Shown: one piece after another, positions 27,247 to 35,589 of the stretch | How the letters are laid out: each line of letters starts with the position of its first letter | Position numbering within the stretch: the first letter of the stretch is position 1 | Source: Candidatus Microgenomates bacterium | GTDB lineage: Bacteria > Patescibacteriota > Microgenomatia > UBA8517 | NCBI GenBank assembly: GCA_049519355.1 | Contig: JBEKQV010000001.1 | Coordinates: 315,946 to 379,945 of the forward strand | DNA: 64,000 nt | Direction of reading: 5' to 3' | Translations under genes and position numbers: made by a program | Notes under the pieces: generated by a model | The model's database searches: none | What the model saw: only the letters and a program-made list of their open reading frames with translations | What the model was told of the DNA's origin: nothing

Positions 27247-27507
27247 GTGAAAACAATGATTAAAGTACAGAAAAAAGACGGGAGTATGCAGGATTTTGAC
27301 CATATGAAGATTAAGAACGGCATTCTTGCATCAGGTGCTTCGGAGGAGCAGGCGGAAAGTATAACCATGCAAATTGAGTCATGGGCACCTACAGCCGCAT
27401 CAAACGGAGTAATTGGGGGTTCAGCTATCAGATCAAAAGTTCTGGAGATGTTAGGTGAAATGAATCCTGCCGCGAAAGCAACTTTTGAGAATTATAAGAA
27501 GGTCTAA
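27247..27507 (+). CDS. Stand-alone ATP-cone domain protein
   Basis: MIKVQKKDGSMQDFDHMKIKNGILASGASEEQAESI matches the ATP-cone pattern VIKRDGxxExFDxxKIxxAI. Confidence 0.55.
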   Translation: MKTMIKVQKKDGSMQDFDHMKIKNGILASGASEEQAESITMQIESWAPTAASNGVIGGSAIRSKVLEMLGEMNPAAKATFENYKKV

Positions 27508-27508
27508 T

Positions 27509-28459
27509 TTATTGAAGCCAGACCTCAGGACCGCTGCCGCTATATAGGGACGTCTTTATGACATGCACTCCGGGAGCAAGGAATAAACTTGCAACTACCG
27601 GAAAAGTGTAGTTCGAACCGGGAGAAATTTTAGATACGTAGCTGTCATAGTCGAGACTAATCAATTGGGAAGTTCCATTTACCAATGTTAGTTTTTGGTT
27701 TGCCGATATTATTACACAACGCGGGTTGGGAACATCCGGATTTAGAGTAACCGAAATTACATCTCCTTGAACACTGTTGCATGATGACGCAGCCGGTGCT
27801 TGTGAATCAGCCGGGATAAGGGACGTCTTACCTATAAACCTAAAAGTGGAGATAATTTGATCAAGAGCTTCTTTTGAGGAATCGTTTGTGTTTACACCTT
27901 CGTCGATTGAATATACGGAATTATTATAACTGACAAGATATAAATATTCTTTTCCCGGAAATTCCCATGGGGATTCATTTATATAGCCTTTGGCAAGCAC
28001 GTTGCCTATTGTGGTATCTGCAAGTCTTGTAAAACTCTGTTGAGTTAAAGTGTCGGTTTCTTTGGTATCTCCTATATTCATACTTAAAAGTACGTTGTAA
28101 TTAATTTGGCTTGGTTGTGAAGAATCGTTGGTTGTGATTGAAATATAACTGTCGATGGGCCCGCCCGGTTGGTTAGCGATTTTGTCTATTCTCACTTCGA
28201 GGATCGCTCCGCTTTTCGGATCGTAAGTTTGGTTGACTTCAAATCCTTGGGGGTAATTTATGGCAAATTGTAGCTTGTCAGTCATGAATGTTTTCCAACC
28301 GGCAGGTGCAGGTAAAACAGTTGGGAAAGAAATAGGCGAAGGAGACGCTATCACCAACGTCCGCACCCTTGGCCAGTAGTTTTTATAGCCAAAATACCCG
28401 ACAGCTGCTAAAGCTGCCAAAATTAGAATTATGATTACAACATTACCTTTTTGCTTCAT
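27509..28459 (-). CDS. Hypothetical membrane-anchored secreted protein
   Basis: ORF track; N-terminal TM. Confidence 0.45.
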   Translation of the reverse strand: MKQKGNVVIIILILAALAAVGYFGYKNYWPRVRTLVIASPSPISFPTVLPAPAGWKTFMTDKLQFAINYPQGFEVNQTYDPKSGAILEVRIDKIANQPGGPIDSYISITTNDSSQPSQINYNVLLSMNIGDTKETDTLTQQSFTRLADTTIGNVLAKGYINESPWEFPGKEYLYLVSYNNSVYSIDEGVNTNDSSKEALDQIISTFRFIGKTSLIPADSQAPAASSCNSVQGDVISVTLNPDVPNPRCVIISANQKLTLVNGTSQLISLDYDSYVSKISPGSNYTFPVVASLFLAPGVHVIKTSLYSGSGPEVWLQ

Positions 28460-28461
28460 TT

Positions 28462-29181
28462 TTAATATCCGGCGGGAATTGCCGAAGGTGGACCAGTAGG
28501 AACGGGAATGTTAGTTGACGCTGGGCTAGGTGAAGGAGAAATAAAGGTAAAAGTGGAAAGGATTTGGTCGAAGGTTGAATGATCCTGACCTATTCCTTGC
28601 AAAATAACGGCCAATTTTGGCGAGTAGAGATAATATTTCTTATAAATGTTCCAAGCGCCTTGGTAAGTTCTGACTACGGCCTGATTACCATTAATTGTTG
28701 TTACACTTTGCTTATCAAGAAAAGTTTGTTCTGGTGTATTTGGAATTATTTGCATGAACTGATCGATAGTCTGAATGTTGGATTTTACTTTGGTTATTTG
28801 AATTTGGTATCCTGACGTTCCGATTTTGAAATCAGATGTTTCTAAGTAGGCAACGTTTGCTGCGGAACTGGTGGCAATATTCATTTCTGGGGGATATTTG
28901 AAAGAAAAACCAGGATCTGTGTATATTTTCCAGTTCGCAGTTACGTCAGGAGAAGCTGAAGGAGCGGGAGAAGACTGAGTTTGATAGTTAGCCAGCATGC
29001 TTTTAAGTTGCTGATTTTGGTTGTAGAGAAATATAACAACACCTAAGGCCAGAAGAATAAAAACAGCAACACTTAGAGTTGTTATCCAATGTGTACTTTT
29101 TGATTCTTCTTTTTTAGGTTCAGGTGGAATCTGAGATTGGATAGGAGACATATTATTTAGTATTGGCTGTTGGGGCTCCAT
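28462..29181 (-). CDS. Hypothetical membrane-anchored secreted protein
   Basis: ORF track; TM near residues 37-55; same strand as, and adjacent to, the previous gene. Confidence 0.45.
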   Translation of the reverse strand: MEPQQPILNNMSPIQSQIPPEPKKEESKSTHWITTLSVAVFILLALGVVIFLYNQNQQLKSMLANYQTQSSPAPSASPDVTANWKIYTDPGFSFKYPPEMNIATSSAANVAYLETSDFKIGTSGYQIQITKVKSNIQTIDQFMQIIPNTPEQTFLDKQSVTTINGNQAVVRTYQGAWNIYKKYYLYSPKLAVILQGIGQDHSTFDQILSTFTFISPSPSPASTNIPVPTGPPSAIPAGY

Positions 29182-29216
29182 ACAAAATATTGTAAACTAA
29201 TAAAGGTAAAACTGCC

Positions 29217-30197
29217 ATGTACGAAACAATCCAAAAACTCCTAGCCTCGGGAAAGGGACTCCTTGCCGCTGACGAAAGTACTCACACTATTGAAAAACGG
29301 TTTGCTGCTTTGGGGTTAACTTCCACGCCGGAATTGAATAGAAAATACCGAGGGATGCTTTTTACGACTAATGGTGTTGAGGAATTTTTGGGGGGAATAA
29401 TAATGTTTGATGAAACAGTTAGACAAAAGAATGATGACGGAATTCTATTTCCCGAGTATCTAATAAATAAAGGAATTGTTCCCGGAATTAAGGTTGATGG
29501 AGGGCTTGAACCCTTTAACGGGACCGAGGAGCAAATAACTAAAAAACAGGTCGGTTTGGCCGATCGCTTGAAAGAATATTCCGGAATGGGGCTTGCCTTC
29601 ACTAAATGGAGGGGCGTATTTTTAATCTCCGACATTTTCCCGACGGATGCATTTTTGGAAGAAAATTTGGATAGGATGACTGAGTTTGCCAAAATTTCCC
29701 AGAAAGGTGGATTTGTTCCAATTGTTGAGCCTGAGGTTTTACTTGACGGAAATCATACAACTACTCGTTGTGAGGAGATAGAAACAAAAGTCCTGAAGCT
29801 TTTATTCGAAAAACTAAAAGCCGCAGGGGTAGACCTTACCAATGTTATTCTTAAAACAAGCATGGTTTTGCCGGGTAAGGAAAGCGGAGTTAAGGCGGAG
29901 CCCCTTGAGGTTGCCAATGCAACTTTAAGAACTCTTAAAAACTCTGTTCCTGAAGCGGTTCCTGGAATAGTTTTCCTTTCCGGTGGCCAAACACCAGATG
30001 AAGCTACGAACAATTTGAATGAGATTGTAAAATTAAAGGCGGACTCTCCTTGGCAGCTTTCATTTTCTTTTGCGAGAGCTTTGCAGGAAGAGGCGATGAG
30101 TGCTTGGGCGGGAAAGGATGAGAATGTTTCAAAGGCTCAGGAAATTCTTTACGCCCGAGCCAAAAAAGTTTCGTTGGCGAGGAAAGGAGAATTATAA
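29217..30197 (+). CDS. fba: Fructose-bisphosphate aldolase, class I (eukaryotic-type)
   Basis: GKGLLAADES, IVEPEVL and FLSGGQ motifs with the Schiff-base lysine region; 326 aa. Confidence 0.9.
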   Translation: MYETIQKLLASGKGLLAADESTHTIEKRFAALGLTSTPELNRKYRGMLFTTNGVEEFLGGIIMFDETVRQKNDDGILFPEYLINKGIVPGIKVDGGLEPFNGTEEQITKKQVGLADRLKEYSGMGLAFTKWRGVFLISDIFPTDAFLEENLDRMTEFAKISQKGGFVPIVEPEVLLDGNHTTTRCEEIETKVLKLLFEKLKAAGVDLTNVILKTSMVLPGKESGVKAEPLEVANATLRTLKNSVPEAVPGIVFLSGGQTPDEATNNLNEIVKLKADSPWQLSFSFARALQEEAMSAWAGKDENVSKAQEILYARAKKVSLARKGEL

Positions 30198-30199
30198 AA

Positions 30200-31195
30200 A
30201 TGAAACCCGACTTATTGAGTATAGGAGACGCGACAATCGATACTTTTATGACTCCGATTGAGAGCGAAACAATGTGCAAGCTCGATACAAAGGAGTGTCT
30301 GATTTGTTTTTCCTATGGCGATAAGATTCCCGTTAAGAATTTGGAATTTTCAGTCGGCGGAAATGCCGGCAATAATGCGGTCGGGGTTAAAAGACTTGGG
30401 GTAAATTCGGCGATAGTTTTGACTTTAGGTGATGACAATATAGGCAACATGATTGTCGATAAGCTTAAGGCGGAAGGAGTGGACCTCACCTACGTAATTC
30501 AACAACCTTCAACAACTACCAATTATTCAACAGTGATTAACTATTCCGGGGAAAGAACAATTTTTGTCTATCATGCCCCCAGAAGTTATGAGTTCCCAGT
30601 TGCCCTTCCTGTAACGCCTTGGGTTTATCTGACAAGTATGGGTGAAAGTTTTCGACCATTCTATAACCACATGACTGAGTGGTTAAAGAAAAATCCTACG
30701 GTGAAAATGGCATTTAACCCTGGAAGCTGGCAGCTTAGAGATGGATACGAATCGATTAAAGACGTCATGGGCCTAACTTATATGATTTATGTTAACAGGG
30801 AAGAAGCGGAAAAGCTGACCAACTTTGGTAAGTCGGAAGGAAAGGATAGGGAGATTTTGATTTCCCTTTCAAAACTTGGACCAAAAATCTCCGTGATTAC
30901 CGATGGTGGAGCGGGTGCCATGGCTTACGATTCAATAAACGGCAAGTTCATGAAAGTTGGGATTTTACCGGTTGATGCATATGAAAGAACGGGTGCGGGT
31001 GATGCTTTTGGTTCGGCGTCCCTTTCGGCCTTAATTCACGGTAAAACTCTTGATGAGGCATTGCTTTGGGGGACGGTGAATTCAGCCTCAGTGATTGGCT
31101 ATACCGGGCCGCAAAAAGGGCTTTTAAAGATTGAAGAAATGCCCGAGTGGCTTGAAAGGTGTAAGAGTAGCGGCGTGAATGTTGTACAATTTTAA
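30200..31195 (+). CDS. PfkB-family carbohydrate kinase (ribokinase-like)
   Basis: GGNAGNNAV region and TGAGDAF anion-hole motif. Confidence 0.8.
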   Translation: MKPDLLSIGDATIDTFMTPIESETMCKLDTKECLICFSYGDKIPVKNLEFSVGGNAGNNAVGVKRLGVNSAIVLTLGDDNIGNMIVDKLKAEGVDLTYVIQQPSTTTNYSTVINYSGERTIFVYHAPRSYEFPVALPVTPWVYLTSMGESFRPFYNHMTEWLKKNPTVKMAFNPGSWQLRDGYESIKDVMGLTYMIYVNREEAEKLTNFGKSEGKDREILISLSKLGPKISVITDGGAGAMAYDSINGKFMKVGILPVDAYERTGAGDAFGSASLSALIHGKTLDEALLWGTVNSASVIGYTGPQKGLLKIEEMPEWLERCKSSGVNVVQF

Positions 31196-31196
31196 T

Positions 31197-32186
31197 ATGG
31201 CGAAGATTTTTGTAACCAGAAAAATCCCCGGGGATAGTTTGGAAAAACTTAAAGCTTCCGGCAACGAAGTTACCGTTTCTGATGTAAACAGGCCCCTAAC
31301 CGCTGAGGAGCTTTTGGCGGGTATTAAAGGGGTTGATGCGGTTTTGAGCCTTCTTACCGACAAAATTGACGGAGATGTAATGGATGCGGCCGGACCTCAA
31401 CTTAAAATAATCAGCAATTATGCGGTTGGTTTTGACAATGTTGATACGGAGGCGGCTACGAAGAGGGGAATAATCGTTTGCAACACTCCTTCTGATGAGG
31501 TTAATGAGGCGGTTGCGGAACATACATGGGCACTTATTCTGGCTTTGGCACGGAGAATAATTGAATCGGATGAGGCAACGAGGGCAGGAGCTTATAAAGG
31601 TTGGGAACCCGATATTTTTATAGGTACAACACTTTTGGGTAAAACCTTGGGAATTATCGGGTTGGGGAGAATCGGTTCAATGGTTGCCAGACGTGCCCAA
31701 GGATATAAAATGACGCTTCTTTATAATAAACGCGAACCGGATCCTGCCGCCGAAGCTGAGCTTGGAGTTAAATTTGTTTCGCTTGATGAGCTTTTGAAGG
31801 AAAGTGATTTTGTGACACTCCACGTACCTTTGACTGACGAAACGCGCCATATGATTAATAAGGAGACACTAGCCAAAATGAAGACGGGTGCGTTTCTGGT
31901 TAATACTGCCCGCGGGCCGGTTGTTGACGAAAGGGATCTGGTTGATGCTATTCGAAGTGGACACTTGGGTGGAGCGGCTCTGGATGTTTTTGATAATGAA
32001 CCGAACATTGCCCCCGAGCTTATTGAAGCGCCGAATGTCATAACAACTCCGCATATTGCCTCTGCAACCTGGGAAGCCAGAAACAAAATGGGGGAGCAAG
32101 CGGTTGCTGCCATTATTAATACTCTCTCAGGTACAAAACCTCAAAACATGGTTGATGAAAAAGTGTGGGAAGTAAGAAGAAAATAG
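31197..32186 (+). CDS. D-isomer-specific 2-hydroxyacid dehydrogenase (glyoxylate/hydroxypyruvate reductase or PGDH-like)
   Basis: GIIGLGRIGSMVARRAQGY is the NAD-binding motif; catalytic R/E/H region. The start is probably ATG 31197, 2 bp after the pfkB stop. Confidence 0.85.
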   Translation: MAKIFVTRKIPGDSLEKLKASGNEVTVSDVNRPLTAEELLAGIKGVDAVLSLLTDKIDGDVMDAAGPQLKIISNYAVGFDNVDTEAATKRGIIVCNTPSDEVNEAVAEHTWALILALARRIIESDEATRAGAYKGWEPDIFIGTTLLGKTLGIIGLGRIGSMVARRAQGYKMTLLYNKREPDPAAEAELGVKFVSLDELLKESDFVTLHVPLTDETRHMINKETLAKMKTGAFLVNTARGPVVDERDLVDAIRSGHLGGAALDVFDNEPNIAPELIEAPNVITTPHIASATWEARNKMGEQAVAAIINTLSGTKPQNMVDEKVWEVRRK

Positions 32187-32207
32187 TTCTTTTTGGGTAA
32201 ATAAAAT

Positions 32208-32525
32208 ATGGCGCTTTTTAAGAAAAATGAGGAGTATGAAGATGATAGCGATTTTGATGAAGTTGAGGAAAAGGGAAACCGGAAGTTTACAAAGAACTTC
32301 AAAGATCTAAGCCCGAAGAACAGAAGGAAGAGGAAAGAACCTTCTAAACCCTGGGGTAAAAAAGAAAGATTGGTTGTACTTATTTTTTTGCTTTTGAGTG
32401 TTATTGTCTCGGCCGGATTGGCTTTAGGTATCGGAAAAGGTTGGAACGGCCTTAAGTTCCCTTCGTTTAATTTCTCGTCTTTGAACATTTTCAAAGAACA
32501 AACTATAATAATCGAGAAGAAATAA
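32208..32525 (+). CDS. Hypothetical membrane protein with a basic/acidic N-terminus
   Basis: ORF track; one TM. Confidence 0.4.
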   Translation: MALFKKNEEYEDDSDFDEVEEKGNRKFTKNFKDLSPKNRRKRKEPSKPWGKKERLVVLIFLLLSVIVSAGLALGIGKGWNGLKFPSFNFSSLNIFKEQTIIIEKK

Positions 32526-32527
32526 TT

Positions 32528-33193
32528 ATGAAAAAACTTTCATCACCTTTTGCCTTGATTAAGAAGTCAGTGGAGATTTTTGAAAAGAGGGAGAACCTCA
32601 TTTTTCTTATGGAAGTCTATCTACCGGTTGCGTTTTTCTCACTTCTTTCTGTTGCTCAAGATTATCTACCAGCATCAATTAAAAATTCGAATTCTGTTTG
32701 GTTGTCTATCGGAACTGGGGTTTTACAATTGATTTATCTTCTTGTTGGTGTTTTTGTCACCGCGTCGGCAATTACAGCTTTAGGAAAGGTAGTTGAAGGA
32801 GGAGAGTTATCCCTTCGGAAGACGTTTAGAGCCGGATGGAAAAAGTACTGGATTTTTCTTCTCTTGAGCATTGTTATAACTGCGCTTTATCTACTTGGCT
32901 TTGTACTTCTTATAGTTCCCGGGGTTCTGTTTGTTGTTTGGTTTGCTTTTAGCAAGTTTATTGCAATCGAAACGGGGTCAGGGATTAAGGAATCTTTACT
33001 TAAAAGCAAAACGTTGGTAAAAGGAATTTACTGGAAAACACTCGGCAGGCTTATAATTTTTGGTCTTTTTGCGGTTGTAATCGATGTAGTTCTGAGTGTA
33101 ATTCCTTATGGACTGGGTACTATTATTAGTAGCCTTTTGGGCGGACTTTTTATGCTCCCAACCTATCTTCTTTATAAGGAAATTAGTGGATAA
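32528..33193 (+). CDS. Hypothetical polytopic membrane protein
   Basis: ORF track; 4-5 TM helices. Confidence 0.45.
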   Translation: MKKLSSPFALIKKSVEIFEKRENLIFLMEVYLPVAFFSLLSVAQDYLPASIKNSNSVWLSIGTGVLQLIYLLVGVFVTASAITALGKVVEGGELSLRKTFRAGWKKYWIFLLLSIVITALYLLGFVLLIVPGVLFVVWFAFSKFIAIETGSGIKESLLKSKTLVKGIYWKTLGRLIIFGLFAVVIDVVLSVIPYGLGTIISSLLGGLFMLPTYLLYKEISG

Positions 33194-35546
33194 CCACTGT
33201 ACTTGCCCCGGTTTCAAGGATACTTTGTCCCGGCGCGGGAGTTGGACTGGACAACTTTTGGATTTGGTCAGGAGTGCAGGATTTGATCGGCTTGTCTTCA
33301 TCCAAAAACCATTCTTGTTTTGTAGGACAGCTGTCGCAGGGTAGGGTTGCGGTAAGAGAACAAATATTAATTTTGCTGACTCCGTCTGGGACTTTCCAAT
33401 CAATTGAGGGTTGTCCATTTAGAATTGCAGACATGATTTTATTCCAAATCGGCGCTGCCCCCGTTATTCCAGAGGCAATTCGGCTCATAGGAGAGTTATC
33501 GTTATTGCCGACCCATGTAAGTACCAGATAGTTTTGATTGTAGCCAATGGTCCAATTGTCCCGTAAGTCATTGCTGGTTCCGGTTTTAACGGCAACTTCA
33601 GGATGATCTTTAATAACTAGGGCCGAGTCATATCCGAACTCCGGTGCGCGTGCGATATTGTCCTTAAGAATATCGGTCAGTAAAAATGCAACCCTGGGAT
33701 CAACCACCTGGGTGGTTACGGGAGAGTTTTTCTCCAAAATCTTACCTTTATAATCCTTAACTTCCAAAATGGGCATTAGGTCCGGTCTTTTCCCTCCATC
33801 GGCTATGGTGGAATAGACTTTTGTCATATCGAGTGCCGTCACGGCGCCTCCTCCTAAAGTTAAAGAAAGCCCGTATTGAGACGGATCATCCCAGGTGGTA
33901 ATTCCCATCTCTTGTCCCTGGGTTACCATTTTGGTTACGCCGTAGCTTGCCAACACCTTTACGGCAGGAACATTACGGCTTTGGGCAAGGGCGCTCCGAA
34001 GAGGAATGGACCCAACAAATTTTCCGTCGTAGTTGACTGGGGTATAAGGAGTTGTTCCCGGTGTGACATAAGTTATAGGGGAGTCGTCAATTATTGTTGC
34101 CGGAGTGTATCCATGGGCGAGTGCATAAGCATAATTCACAACTTTTATTGAAGAACCCGGTTGTCTTAGACTAGTTGTAACATTAACGTTTCCGTCATCA
34201 GCAAGATCAAAATAATCTTTTGAACCGACCATCGCCAGAATTTCACCGGTTTGGGGATTAACTACGAGCGCGGCGCCGTTTCCGACGTTTAGTCCTTTCA
34301 GCTTTTCGACTTCACTTCCCACAACTTGCTCCGCGGTTTTTTGTATAGAAAGATCAAGGCTTGTTGTAACCTGCAAGCCTCCTTTTTCAACCATGTCTTC
34401 GCCATATTTGTCTACAAGAAGCTGTCTTATGTACATTACAAAGTGTGGAGCTTCTATCTGAGTTTTATTGGGAATAAATACTAATTTTTCATTTTCCGCT
34501 ACTGTTTCCTGCTCCTGGGTTATGAATTTATTTATAACCATCAGATGAAGGACTTCCCTTTGCCTTTGAATCGCAAGGCTGGGGTTGGCTCCGAAGGGAG
34601 AATAAGTTGTCGGGCTTTTGGGAAGGCCCGCCAAAAAAGCTGCCTCTGCCAGATCTAGTTCTCCGACATTTTTCCCGAAGTACGATTCGGAAGCTTCCTC
34701 GATTCCATAAGCGGTTCCTCCATAACTTACTTGGTTTAGATACATTTCTAATATCTGGTCTTTGGTATAAGTTGCTTCCACTTCGACAGACAGGATGAGT
34801 TCCTTTACCTTGCGGGTTATAGTTTTTTCGGGGCTAAGAAGCGTATTTTTAACAAGTTGTTGAGTAATAGTTGAACCTCCTTGTAAGGAGCCGGTTTGGA
34901 TATCCTGCACAAATGCCCTAAACATTCCTTTAACGGAAAAACCGGGGTTGGAATAAAACTCGGCATCTTCCGCCGCAAGAGTTGCCAATCTGACTTGGAG
35001 TGGAATTTTGGTTAAGGGGACAATCGTTCTGTTTTGATCTTTATAAATCGTGTATAAAAGGTTGCCGTTTCTATCGAAGATCTTTGTTGAAACAGCCGGT
35101 TGCCTCGACTGGAGTTCGCTGGGGGAGGGAAGTCCACGGAAAATTGCAAAATATGAATAAGATATTAGAAAGACAACGGCTACTGAGACAACAATTATTC
35201 TGATCCTGACTTTGAGCTGAAGTTTTTGTAAACGGGTTAGTTTTCTAACAAAAAACTTTTTTAATTTTGACAGAATTTTAAGCTCAAACAGACTGATTTT
35301 AAGCTCTTCCAGTTTCAGAACCGGTTGGATTTTGGGTAGCTTCAGTTTTGATAATGTTACTTTGGGCAGTTTCAGCCTCGGAAAACTAAATCGCTGATAA
35401 ATTATTTTTGATTTCGATTTCTTTCTCTTTTTACCCAGATGAGTGGCTGTATAAATAAGTAAAGTTATTACCAAGACAAGACGAGATAATAGGAAGTAAA
35501 ACGGTTTACCTACTGCAATCAGAAAACGTTTGATAGCCTTCGTCAT
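33183..35546 (-). CDS. Class A penicillin-binding protein (PBP1A family; transglycosylase plus transpeptidase) with a Lys/Leu-repeat N-terminal tail
   Basis: GT51 motif QGGSTITQQLVKN and transpeptidase domain. The N-terminal roughly 110 aa are repetitive (KLKLPKIQPVLKLEELKISLFELKILSKLKK). Confidence 0.9.
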   Translation of the reverse strand: MTKAIKRFLIAVGKPFYFLLSRLVLVITLLIYTATHLGKKRKKSKSKIIYQRFSFPRLKLPKVTLSKLKLPKIQPVLKLEELKISLFELKILSKLKKFFVRKLTRLQKLQLKVRIRIIVVSVAVVFLISYSYFAIFRGLPSPSELQSRQPAVSTKIFDRNGNLLYTIYKDQNRTIVPLTKIPLQVRLATLAAEDAEFYSNPGFSVKGMFRAFVQDIQTGSLQGGSTITQQLVKNTLLSPEKTITRKVKELILSVEVEATYTKDQILEMYLNQVSYGGTAYGIEEASESYFGKNVGELDLAEAAFLAGLPKSPTTYSPFGANPSLAIQRQREVLHLMVINKFITQEQETVAENEKLVFIPNKTQIEAPHFVMYIRQLLVDKYGEDMVEKGGLQVTTSLDLSIQKTAEQVVGSEVEKLKGLNVGNGAALVVNPQTGEILAMVGSKDYFDLADDGNVNVTTSLRQPGSSIKVVNYAYALAHGYTPATIIDDSPITYVTPGTTPYTPVNYDGKFVGSIPLRSALAQSRNVPAVKVLASYGVTKMVTQGQEMGITTWDDPSQYGLSLTLGGGAVTALDMTKVYSTIADGGKRPDLMPILEVKDYKGKILEKNSPVTTQVVDPRVAFLLTDILKDNIARAPEFGYDSALVIKDHPEVAVKTGTSNDLRDNWTIGYNQNYLVLTWVGNNDNSPMSRIASGITGAAPIWNKIMSAILNGQPSIDWKVPDGVSKINICSLTATLPCDSCPTKQEWFLDEDKPIKSCTPDQIQKLSSPTPAPGQSILETGASTVVIH

Positions 35547-35589
35547 TTTGTTGCGAATTGTAGCAGTTAATTAGGCAGAAAGACAGGAC

